DNA of 62,017 bases. It comes from a virus. Lineage: Duplodnaviria; Caudoviricetes. Positions 17,763-25,838 of the stretch are shown here, in pieces (within the stretch, counting starts at the first letter, position 1; each line of letters starts with the position of its first letter). The DNA is taken from IMG/VR virus record IMGVR_UViG_3300038530_002154, positions 1 through 62,017 of that record, one strand, 5' to 3'. The notes below the pieces were generated by a model. That model was not told the DNA's origin, made no database searches, and saw nothing but the letters and a program-made list of their open reading frames with translations. Position numbers and translations under genes: made by a program.

Positions 17763-17910
17763 TGTCTTGCCATTTAAAATTTAAACTTATGATCCCTAAA
17801 TAAATAATCAATTCATTGTAAGGATATTCTTCGTTTGCTCCGAAATAACTCCAGCCTAAGCTGAAACCTATCGAGAGTCTTTCTTGTATTTCTAATGTAA
17901 CTTCTTCCAT
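17752..17910 (-). CDS. Small protein MEEVTLEIQERLSIGFSLGWSYF... (52 aa, not in track)
   Basis: Manual translation; directly after a promoter. Confidence 0.7.
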   Translation of the reverse strand: MEEVTLEIQERLSIGFSLGWSYFGANEEYPYNELIIYLGIISLNFKWQDNDD

Positions 17911-17915
17911 AGCAA

Positions 17916-17923
17916 CAAATATA
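17916..17923 (-). promoter_or_regulatory. Bacteroidota -7 promoter element TATATTTG
   Basis: Only 5 nt before the 17910 start, so the transcript would be nearly leaderless. Confidence 0.6.
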
Positions 17924-18071
17924 CGAAAATATTTTTAAATATCAGATATAAATAGATTTTGGGTAATATATTGCTTTGACGCAACTCCATCATAATAATA
18001 ATTAATTTTTTTTTTGACACCCCCCCTCTAAAATTTTTTGCCTTGCCTCGATTTTTTTGGCTTTTTGTAGG

Positions 18072-18163
18072 GCACCCCCTCGCACCCTCACCCCCTCACC
18101 CCTCGCACCCCTTCCGCCCTCCCTTCCTCCGCCCTTTGCCCCTCACCCCTTCCCCCTTTGCCC
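18072..18163. repeat. C-run tract (G-rich on the minus strand)
   Basis: About 12 runs of 3-5 C in about 90 nt in an AT-rich genome. Confidence 0.85.
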
Positions 18164-18351
18164 TTCTTTTTTTTGTTGCATACCCAAAACAAAGAGGTAA
18201 TAAAAGCCGAATAATTAAAAGATATAAAACAAATTTACACTTTTAACGATTTTAAAATCTTTGAATAATCCGCAATAAAAAACTATAATTAATAAATAAT
18301 TCGCAAAGAAAATGTTAAATCCCCAGAAATTCCATAAAAATGCAGTAGTTA

Positions 18352-18384
18352 TTTGCTTTTTATATTTTTTTTATATTATATTTG
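18352..18384 (+). promoter_or_regulatory. Early promoter TTTG-N21-TATATTTG
   Basis: Full Bacteroidota -33/-7 consensus upstream of the first plus-strand gene. Confidence 0.8.
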
Positions 18385-18453
18385 TAGTAATTAAAAATGT
18401 GGTGAAGGGTGCACCACAATAAGCACCCAAAAATTAATTTAAATAATAATAAA

Positions 18454-18921
18454 ATGAGTACAATTAAAACTAATTCAGTTAAAAAAGTTGTTAAAGCAAA
18501 AAAGACAATAAGCAAAGCAACAAGAGAGGCAATAGCCAAAAAACGCGCTTTAAATCCGCAGTTTGCAATAGTGCAAAGTAACAGAAGGAAAGCGCAAAAT
18601 TTAGAGGTTAGAACGTCTCTAATTAATACACTTATAGAAGTGAAAAAAGATACATCTATTCAAATTGACTTAAGTTCGGTTGAAAATAAGGTGTATTTAA
18701 AAGAGTGTAAAACCCTAATCAATTACATTACTAAAGCCGAAAATAGAAGTAAGTTTTTGCCTCTCTTGATGCCTTTGGTAAGAGTAACGAAAAAAGGTCA
18801 CTTTGTGAAGTTTTACACTGAGCAAGCAATTCAAAAGGTTGTTAAATTGAAAATGACTAAAAACATGGACTATTTAACCGCTTTTAATGGGCTGAACGCA
18901 AAAAAATTGATTGAGGCGTAA
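18454..18921 (+). CDS. First early gene, basic hypothetical protein
   Basis: ATG at 18454 after an AT-rich leader; 155 aa. Confidence 0.8.
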   Translation: MSTIKTNSVKKVVKAKKTISKATREAIAKKRALNPQFAIVQSNRRKAQNLEVRTSLINTLIEVKKDTSIQIDLSSVENKVYLKECKTLINYITKAENRSKFLPLLMPLVRVTKKGHFVKFYTEQAIQKVVKLKMTKNMDYLTAFNGLNAKKLIEA

Positions 18922-19634
18922 CCCCCAGAATTAACCCCCTTTAAACGTGTTTAGCGCGTTGTAAAACTCATATTTTGAGGGGGTACAAAATACGTTCTTT
19001 GTCCTTTGGCGCATATGCGTGGGCACAATTCCGAAAGTGGTTAATCCCTTTGGAAGTTCTGAAAATATCCTTTGATTTTTCAGTGTTCCCGACAGACATA
19101 AAAACAAGAGAGAATAACTCCTATTGTTAGATAGTAGGTAAAGCAGTCGGCACCTATACGACATTAAACTCAAGATGGAAGGCTAAACTCTTGTTTTGAT
19201 TGGTGGAAACACAAAGAAATCAATGCGTTGATAATCTCCACGCAAGGGGGCGAAGTATGTCCATTGACTACTTACTGCTGTAAACTCTTGCACCAAGTGG
19301 CAAGTGCCCTGCGAGAAAATCATAGATATCTGAATACCTGCAAACATTGTGAGCAGAGGCTTGTTATGGTGTCGTTTATTAGTATCGCACCGAAGGCAAG
19401 GGTGACTTGTGTCTGCTCGGCACAAGTGGGACAGCTAACCTAGTCCCTGCAAACATCAAAACACAAACACAGACAATGACTTAATTGAAGTAGACAAATA
19501 CATCTTTGTTGAAACCTGGGGGTTGGAAATAGAGCCACACTATCAGGGCTACACTTGGGCTAATGAAACAGATAGGGAAGCAAAAAAAGTGAAACACAAA
19601 GGGCATGCACACGTAGAGAATATTGTGCATGCTC
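18922..19634 (+). ncRNA. Candidate large structured non-coding RNA (~710 nt)
   Basis: No credible ORF; visibly GC-richer than its flanks; more than 12 consecutive or nested helices with G-U pairs. Confidence 0.6.
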
Positions 19635-19655
19635 ACTAATTTTAATTTAATACAT

Positions 19656-19880
19656 ATGAGAACACGAATAAGAACGAACTCAGTTGCTAAAGTAGTAATT
19701 GAGCAAGAGGGCAAACGCCTGGAGACTCAAGAGGCCAGAGAGAAAGAACTCTATGGTTGGAAAGTCAGACAGATAATGACTGAACTAAATCTTACTTGGG
19801 AGCAAGGGAAAGCCGAATACAATAAGAGGAGAGTGGCAGGGGCGATCAGCAGAGGTATGCAAAACTTAAATATAACATAA
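19656..19880 (+). CDS. Early hypothetical protein
   Basis: ATG after the TTTAATTTAATACAT leader. Confidence 0.75.
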   Translation: MRTRIRTNSVAKVVIEQEGKRLETQEAREKELYGWKVRQIMTELNLTWEQGKAEYNKRRVAGAISRGMQNLNIT

Positions 19881-19881
19881 T

Positions 19882-20022
19882 ATGACACACAAAGTATTAT
19901 CAACAGGACTGCACACAATCATTGACAACAATGGTAGAGTGCACGTATTCACAGAAGAGGAATACACTCACCTATCGTGGTGGAAGCAAATCAAAATCAA
20001 GTTTAATTTTAAATCAATATAA
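19882..20022 (+). CDS. Small early protein MTHKVLSTGLHTIIDNNGRVHVFTEEEY... (46 aa, not in track)
   Basis: Manual translation; fits exactly between its neighbours. Confidence 0.7.
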   Translation: MTHKVLSTGLHTIIDNNGRVHVFTEEEYTHLSWWKQIKIKFNFKSI

Positions 20023-20024
20023 TT

Positions 20025-20252
20025 ATGGAAGCAATCATTCAAGAAGTAAAATCAATTTACAAATCAACACAAGTAAGAGACAGACAAGGCAGAGTCTTGA
20101 CAAGTTTCACGGGCAGACTATGGTCACTCATTCTATTCATAGCAATGTTAGGACTGATGACTATGGCAATCACGGGAATACTATTCATGATAGGTGGACT
20201 TATCTTTGGATATATAGACGCAAGTAACGCAAACTTTGGAATTTACGGATAA
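20025..20252 (+). CDS. Early membrane protein
   Basis: Long hydrophobic segment LWSLILFIAMLGLMTMAITGILFMIGGLIFG. Confidence 0.75.
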   Translation: MEAIIQEVKSIYKSTQVRDRQGRVLTSFTGRLWSLILFIAMLGLMTMAITGILFMIGGLIFGYIDASNANFGIYG

Positions 20253-20267
20253 TAAAAATAGACAATC

Positions 20268-20408
20268 ATGTATAATATAATTTATAGTAGTCGGTGGGGC
20301 AACGAGATAGTTGATACTGCAGACAATAAAAAAGAGGCTGAATACTTACGCAAAGAGTATATGTTAGCATTCAATAGTTTTAATATAGAAGTCGAATTAA
20401 ATAAATAA
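20268..20408 (+). CDS. Small early protein MYNIIYSSRWGNEIVDTADNKKEAEYL... (46 aa, not in track)
   Basis: Manual translation. Confidence 0.7.
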   Translation: MYNIIYSSRWGNEIVDTADNKKEAEYLRKEYMLAFNSFNIEVELNK

Positions 20409-20410
20409 AA

Positions 20411-20707
20411 GTGGGAAAAATAATTAAGAAAGCAAGGGTGGTAAAAAACCCACCAACCTTTGATTGGATAAACAAAGGTGATAGATTAAAAGTCATAGAG
20501 GTAAACTGCCTATTGGTAGAACCTTGGCACTTGTCGGAAAGTTGTTTTCATAAGTGGTATTGGTACGGACAACCAATGGACAGGAATAAAAATATGAAGG
20601 CAAGGTTCAAAGAGGGGAGTTATTACATAGTGTCAGTAAACGGAATGAAATGTAGCACAGCATTTTACTTAATAAACAAAGAATACTTATCATTTAAAAA
20701 TAAATAA
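20411..20707 (+). CDS. Early hypothetical protein
   Basis: 98 aa, GTG start, packed in the operon. Confidence 0.7.
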   Translation: MGKIIKKARVVKNPPTFDWINKGDRLKVIEVNCLLVEPWHLSESCFHKWYWYGQPMDRNKNMKARFKEGSYYIVSVNGMKCSTAFYLINKEYLSFKNK

Positions 20708-20709
20708 AT

Positions 20710-20868
20710 ATGGAAACAGAAATTACAGAAATAAAAAGAAACCTAAACATTGTAAGAATGTTCTCGCCAGGATCACATCAATTTGATCAAGCGAACAAGA
20801 TACTGAACAAGTATCACAGAAAGTATGGAACAGTAGACACAAGTATAATTGAAAATATATTGAGATGA
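20710..20868 (+). CDS. Small early protein METEITEIKRNLNIVRMF... (52 aa, not in track)
   Basis: Manual translation; ATGA overlap with the next gene. Confidence 0.7.
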   Translation: METEITEIKRNLNIVRMFSPGSHQFDQANKILNKYHRKYGTVDTSIIENILR

Positions 20869-21062
20869 ATATAGTATATGGTAGTAATGTTATCATTGAT
20901 AGAGAGGCAATGATAGACAGCAATTTAACAGACAACAAGGGGATTGTATTAAAACTATGGAATGAACCCCTTAAAAATTCACAATCCACCCCATTGGCTA
21001 AAATACTTTTAGATGATGGCACAATAGCAGTTGTAGGACAACATGAAATTAAAAAGAAATAG
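20865..21062 (+). CDS. Early hypothetical protein (SH3-like beta pattern)
   Basis: 65 aa; GIVLKL...AKILLDDGTIAVV. Confidence 0.7.
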   Translation: MNIVYGSNVIIDREAMIDSNLTDNKGIVLKLWNEPLKNSQSTPLAKILLDDGTIAVVGQHEIKKK

Positions 21063-21064
21063 AC

Positions 21065-21340
21065 ATGAAAGCAAACAATTTAATTATTGACGGAGTAGAT
21101 TACATTGGAACATTTTATAATGAAATAAAAGGAGATGTAAGTAAAGAAATGTATGTTCAACATGATGATGACGAATGGAGTGAAGTAGAGGAGTTTGGAT
21201 ATACAAAGATAGCGTATAAAGATATAGGTTTCTTTACAGGTTGGATAGAGTATGATAAAGTAAAAGCAGTTAAGATAAGAGTCTATCGAACTACCTTAGA
21301 TGATTATATTGAAGATGTACAAGAATATATATATAAATAA
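21065..21340 (+). CDS. Early acidic hypothetical protein
   Basis: 91 aa; packed in the operon. Confidence 0.75.
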   Translation: MKANNLIIDGVDYIGTFYNEIKGDVSKEMYVQHDDDEWSEVEEFGYTKIAYKDIGFFTGWIEYDKVKAVKIRVYRTTLDDYIEDVQEYIYK

Positions 21341-21349
21341 AGAGATAAA

Positions 21350-21520
21350 ATGAAAGTAAAAGTAATCAATACAGAAGGTTTAGATAAAGAAACTATTGAC
21401 AAAATAGAAAGCCACATGCAATTCAATCGTTGGTATTATGAATACGATACGGAATTCGCAGAACTTGAAAACACGAGGGGAGACATCATAAGAATATTTC
21501 CTGAAAGAATAGAATTTTAA
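21350..21520 (+). CDS. Small early protein MKVKVINTEGLDKE... (56 aa, not in track)
   Basis: Manual translation. Confidence 0.7.
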   Translation: MKVKVINTEGLDKETIDKIESHMQFNRWYYEYDTEFAELENTRGDIIRIFPERIEF

Positions 21521-21531
21521 AACTAATAAAT

Positions 21532-21756
21532 ATGAAGAACATACAAAGCAGAGGCACATATACTGATGTGCAAGAAACATACACCTTATCAATAGACTAC
21601 ATGTATTATAGAGTTTGGGGAGACTACGAGTATCCTGGAGACGAGGACTTGGAAATAGTAAATGTATATATAGACGATACAGACATCACAGATTTCTATT
21701 GGGATAGACTAGATTGCTATGATGAGGTAGTACAATATGCAAGAGAGAACGTGTGA
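21532..21756 (+). CDS. Early acidic hypothetical protein
   Basis: 74 aa; GDYEYPG...EIVNVYIDDTDIT. Confidence 0.75.
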   Translation: MKNIQSRGTYTDVQETYTLSIDYMYYRVWGDYEYPGDEDLEIVNVYIDDTDITDFYWDRLDCYDEVVQYARENV

Positions 21757-21836
21757 TTGTTCACACTCATCTTGCGAGGGAAGGTAAAGGGGTAGCCGAA
21801 AACCTTAAAGAGTAGGCACAATTTAATTTAATACAT

Positions 21837-23117
21837 ATGAATACAGAAGAAGTAGAAGAACTCATCTATGTAGAGATAGATGGGGAAAAGTATCTTATGG
21901 AAGATACCGTGGAGTCGGTACACCTCAACGAGAGGATACCGAAAGATCAGGCTCAACGAGTAATCAACGAGCATGATGAAGACGATTGGATTTGGGACAA
22001 TGACAATCTTGATTTCAATTGGGCAAGAGACGAGGGGTTGTATATACACCCCGACCTAGGTTTCTATGACTCAGTAGAAAACTGTTTCTACTATGACACA
22101 GATTACATGGTAACGTCCTATTGTGGAGAGACGCTCCATGAAACCAATGCAGACGGCAGTAACGAGTGGGTGTATGTTGAGCGAGGTATAGCAGATGGAA
22201 GTTATGTGTGGTATGAGAACTGTACATGGTGCGAGGACATTGAAGAATATGTTCACGAGGATGATGCCGTGTATTGTGAGAGAGACGAGTGCAGTTATTG
22301 GGATGAAGAAAACATGCCCGAGGATGAAGACGAAGAGTGCATCAACCCATATCACACAAGCAGGGGGTTTGTTCGACACATTGTTGGTGGCAGTGAATTT
22401 ACCATTGGGTTTGAGGTTGAAAAGTTACACTTTGAAGTAAACGGTGGTGACGCCAGTGATGAAGGTGACTATGTGGGATCTCATGCGCTGTTTGCAGGAT
22501 ACGAATGCGACAGCTCGTGTGGTGTAGAGGCAGTGTCACACATCTTGCCTTTGAATGGCCCTAGACACCCAAATAGGAACAAACTGTTTGAGTACATGGA
22601 TGAGGCAAGTGAGATCATCAACAGTCCCTCAGACAAGTCTTGTGGTGGACACATCACAATAGCAGTCAAAGGAGAGTATGATGGCTACAATGTTGTAGAC
22701 AAAATGCGACAGCCCTTGGCTTTGATATACGCACTATACAGGTGGAGGCTCAAGCGAAGTTATTGTGAGAACAACAAGCCCGCTAAGAAAGAGAACAACT
22801 ACAAGTATTCACCTGTGCATGTAAAGTCAGGTGGCAAGGTTGAACTCAGACTACCCTCAGCTGTAAAAAACGTCAAGCAGTTGAAACTCAGATATGATTT
22901 GATGTATAAGATTATGTATCATTCATTCAAAAGACCTGTGAGTTTTGAGGTCTTTCTCCAGAAGGTCAGACACATTGTAAAGAAAATGTACAATGGCAAC
23001 GACACCAAGGTAGACTTTATCTATGATGTTGCTAGAGACTTCAGGAGATACCTCATAGCAGAGGAGATTACAGATAGAACAGACGAATATATTAACCCTA
23101 AAAGAGAGGAAGAATAG
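21837..23117 (+). CDS. Putative amidoligase (COOH-NH2 ligase, glutamine-synthetase-like fold) with an acidic Cys-containing N-terminus
   Basis: IGFEVE, DSSCGVEAVS, SCGGHITI and VELR motifs. Confidence 0.8.
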   Translation: MNTEEVEELIYVEIDGEKYLMEDTVESVHLNERIPKDQAQRVINEHDEDDWIWDNDNLDFNWARDEGLYIHPDLGFYDSVENCFYYDTDYMVTSYCGETLHETNADGSNEWVYVERGIADGSYVWYENCTWCEDIEEYVHEDDAVYCERDECSYWDEENMPEDEDEECINPYHTSRGFVRHIVGGSEFTIGFEVEKLHFEVNGGDASDEGDYVGSHALFAGYECDSSCGVEAVSHILPLNGPRHPNRNKLFEYMDEASEIINSPSDKSCGGHITIAVKGEYDGYNVVDKMRQPLALIYALYRWRLKRSYCENNKPAKKENNYKYSPVHVKSGGKVELRLPSAVKNVKQLKLRYDLMYKIMYHSFKRPVSFEVFLQKVRHIVKKMYNGNDTKVDFIYDVARDFRRYLIAEEITDRTDEYINPKREEE

Positions 23118-23119
23118 AT

Positions 23120-24136
23120 ATGTGTATAATAATAATTAAAAACAACAAGAAGCTCATCAAAACAGAAACACTGATGGCTTCAGCACTCAAGAATCAAGAC
23201 GGACTTGGTATCTTGTGGCTAGACAAGTGGGAAGTAACATTTCATGATAGCGCAGACTACATGCAACTAAAGACCACTAGACCATTCATTGCTCACTTCA
23301 GATACGCAACAGTAGGTGAGGTAAGCAAAGCAAACTGCCATCCCTTTGATATCAACGAGGATGAGATACTATTTCAGAACGGCACAGTCTACGGACTTGG
23401 CAACAAGAAAAAGACAGACACTCAGCACATGGCAGAGATACTCGCTGACTTGCCACGCAAGAGATGGAAGAGTGTATTGGAGATGAATGACTCAAGATTT
23501 GTTACAGCAAACCTTAAGAAGAAAACATTTCAAGTATACAACAAGCAGGATTGGACTACTAAAAACAAAATTATGTATAGTAAAAACAATGTGCTAGACA
23601 TGACACTGATAGGCGTGTATGGAACACTAAAGAAAGGCTACTCAAACTACCACAACTACCTAACAAGGGCTTGTTACGTAGGTAGTGGAGAGACAGTAGA
23701 CAAGTATCCTATGGTCATAGACGGCATACCATTTCTTATCAACAGGCCAGGGGAAGGACATAATGTAGACATTGACTTGTTCTTAGTGACAGGAGATCAG
23801 CTCATGGACATTGACATGCTTGAGGGTAATCCTAATTGGTATGAACGCAAAAAGGCTGAGGTAATTACAGACAAGGGCAATGTGTTCTTGCCGTACATAT
23901 ACTTCAACGACACGAGAGACACAGGAGTGTATCACAAAACCTATACTCAACAACCTATCTACAACAGTTACAGTGGATACAATCGAGGATGGGATTATGT
24001 AGATGAGTATTGTGAGTGCGAGAACCCACAATTTATCAAAGACTATGGTGATGAATTCTGTGATATTTGTTACGGAGAGAGACCTCCGCAACAAGACTAT
24101 CATTGGCAGACTAACCAATGGAGACACTTAAAATAA
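23120..24136 (+). CDS. Class II glutamine amidotransferase fused to gamma-glutamyl cyclotransferase (AIG2/GGCT)
   Basis: N-terminal MC, HFRYAT, HPF, NGT, TDT; then GVYGTLKKG and DMLEG.P.WYER. Confidence 0.88.
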   Translation: MCIIIIKNNKKLIKTETLMASALKNQDGLGILWLDKWEVTFHDSADYMQLKTTRPFIAHFRYATVGEVSKANCHPFDINEDEILFQNGTVYGLGNKKKTDTQHMAEILADLPRKRWKSVLEMNDSRFVTANLKKKTFQVYNKQDWTTKNKIMYSKNNVLDMTLIGVYGTLKKGYSNYHNYLTRACYVGSGETVDKYPMVIDGIPFLINRPGEGHNVDIDLFLVTGDQLMDIDMLEGNPNWYERKKAEVITDKGNVFLPYIYFNDTRDTGVYHKTYTQQPIYNSYSGYNRGWDYVDEYCECENPQFIKDYGDEFCDICYGERPPQQDYHWQTNQWRHLK

Positions 24137-24151
24137 CTTAAATAAAACAAT

Positions 24152-24436
24152 ATGACAATAGAAAATTTTAAATGGACAGATGAACTTGTAATGAGATTTG
24201 ATGGATGGCTGTTTACATACGGCATGAGAAAAGAAGATAAAATACAAGAATTCAAAGAAATGATAATTAGAGAAATTAATAATAAACAAAAATTAATAAA
24301 TATGAAACACAAAGAGAACTCAAGCAAGCAAGTATTAGAATGGTATGACAATTTTGTAGACTATGTGATGCAATACTACAGCAATATATATAACTCAGCA
24401 TGTGAGTATGCTGATCTAAAAGAACAAGAAAAATGA
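24152..24436 (+). CDS. Hypothetical protein
   Basis: 94 aa; possible internal start at 24302. Confidence 0.65.
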   Translation: MTIENFKWTDELVMRFDGWLFTYGMRKEDKIQEFKEMIIREINNKQKLINMKHKENSSKQVLEWYDNFVDYVMQYYSNIYNSACEYADLKEQEK

Positions 24437-24633
24437 AAGTAATAATAAAAACAATAGATGGTTCAAGAACCATTGAGGACATGAGATACAAAATAGAGTC
24501 TTGTGCTGACACAGTTATAGACAACATAGAACTTATGCAGTATGTCTATGATGAGTTTGGTCACGACTTAGATGTCCACGAGGCCGAGAGACTCGCTAAT
24601 ATAGTGTATCAACAAATTAAATATAGAATGTAA
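24433..24633 (+). CDS. Hypothetical protein
   Basis: 66 aa; ATGA overlap. Confidence 0.75.
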   Translation: MKVIIKTIDGSRTIEDMRYKIESCADTVIDNIELMQYVYDEFGHDLDVHEAERLANIVYQQIKYRM

Positions 24634-24635
24634 TT

Positions 24636-25292
24636 ATGCCAAATCATGTATTCGCACACATATCGGTTGAAAAAAAGTATGCCGATAAGCTGAGAGAAAT
24701 CTCAAAGGTAGGGCTGTGCAGACACTACCTTCCAATGCCTAAAGGGTTAGATCTCTTTCAATGGTACAACACAAGCCACCCTGACCATCAGTATGATCAA
24801 AAGGGTTGGTCAAAGTTTCAAGATGAACAAAAAGAGTGGATAGAACATCAAAAAGCGTTCAACAAAGCCCAACATGGCGCTGAAGATTGGTATATGTGGG
24901 CAATCAATAATTGGGGAACAAAGTGGGGTTGTTATGAAACACACTTTCATGAAGATGATGAAATGGCTCACTACTCGTTTTCTACAGCTTGGTCACCTAT
25001 ATCACCAAGAATTATGGATATGTTTATGAAAGACATACCATCATTTACATACGATTGGGAAGAAGAGCAAGGCTATGGTGAATCTCACAAGGTAAAAGAT
25101 GGAGAGTTCGTTGAGTTTGAGGAGTGGGATTTGCCTGAATGGGATTACAAAGACGAGTATGACCGTTTATATAAACTCAAAAAGCCATACAAAAAATTTG
25201 GTCAGACATACCGCCCAGGTTTTTATCTTGATGCGGATTTGCAAATTTTTATGGGAGATAGGCTTAAAGATGCATTGAAGCGAGTTGAATAA
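24636..25292 (+). CDS. DUF1281 / Api92-YubB-like ferredoxin-fold protein
   Basis: MPNH, WY.W...NWGTKW, F.TAWSP and EEEQG motifs. Confidence 0.8.
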   Translation: MPNHVFAHISVEKKYADKLREISKVGLCRHYLPMPKGLDLFQWYNTSHPDHQYDQKGWSKFQDEQKEWIEHQKAFNKAQHGAEDWYMWAINNWGTKWGCYETHFHEDDEMAHYSFSTAWSPISPRIMDMFMKDIPSFTYDWEEEQGYGESHKVKDGEFVEFEEWDLPEWDYKDEYDRLYKLKKPYKKFGQTYRPGFYLDADLQIFMGDRLKDALKRVE

Positions 25293-25304
25293 ACTGTATG
25301 TATT

Positions 25305-25697
25305 ATGATAAAAGTAACTATGGGGTTAGTATTGTTCACACTCATCATTGGGGGAAGGTCATCCCTCAATGCTGAGGTGGTGGTAGATGCCACGATTTAC
25401 CACGCAGTAGAAGGACAAACAGATAGCACCCCGCTAATCACAGCAAGTGGCAAACACATAAACCCCGAGAACCCTGCAGGACATAGATGGATAGCTGTGT
25501 CTAGGGATCTTGAAGAGTTAGGCTTTGTATTCGGTGAAAAAGTTTTAGTCACAGGTGCAGAGCACATGGATGGAGTTTATGTAGTAGAGGACAGGATGAA
25601 TAGAAGATGGACAAAAAGAATAGACTTTTTAGTAAACGAAAGTATGAAGGGAGGAAAATGGAGAGGAGTAAAAATAAAACTGATAGACACATATTGA
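25305..25697 (+). CDS. 3D-domain (double-psi barrel) lytic-transglycosylase-like protein with N-terminal signal/anchor
   Basis: ATIYH...QTDSTP.ITASG, IAVSRD, VEDRM..R...RIDF. Confidence 0.8.
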   Translation: MIKVTMGLVLFTLIIGGRSSLNAEVVVDATIYHAVEGQTDSTPLITASGKHINPENPAGHRWIAVSRDLEELGFVFGEKVLVTGAEHMDGVYVVEDRMNRRWTKRIDFLVNESMKGGKWRGVKIKLIDTY

Positions 25698-25700
25698 ATA

Positions 25701-25820
25701 GTTAGTTGTCGCTAATGAATTAGTTGTAATGCGTGAGTCAAAAGCCTCGTGTCTATCTGTACTCATATGGGCTAAATTACAACAAGACTGACAGCACGGA
25801 AAGACGGCTACCTTCGGGTA
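25701..25820 (+). ncRNA. Candidate small structured RNA / cis element
   Basis: GTTAGTT/GACTGAC and GTTGTAAT/ATTACAAC nested stems, followed by a TACC-TTCG-GGTA hairpin. Confidence 0.5.
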
Positions 25821-25838
25821 TAACTTAATTAAATAAAC

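Noticed and set aside
18043-18246. Pro-rich 67-aa ORF
   Set aside because: An artefact of the C-run tract; TTG start with no leader or promoter.
19550-19600. CTAATGA...GAAAC resembling a hammerhead core
   Set aside because: The core deviates from CUGAnGA and I could not build the three required stems.
18931-19714. Four short track ORFs on both strands
   Set aside because: They overlap one another, have atypical composition and lack AT-rich leaders. RNA structure explains the region better.
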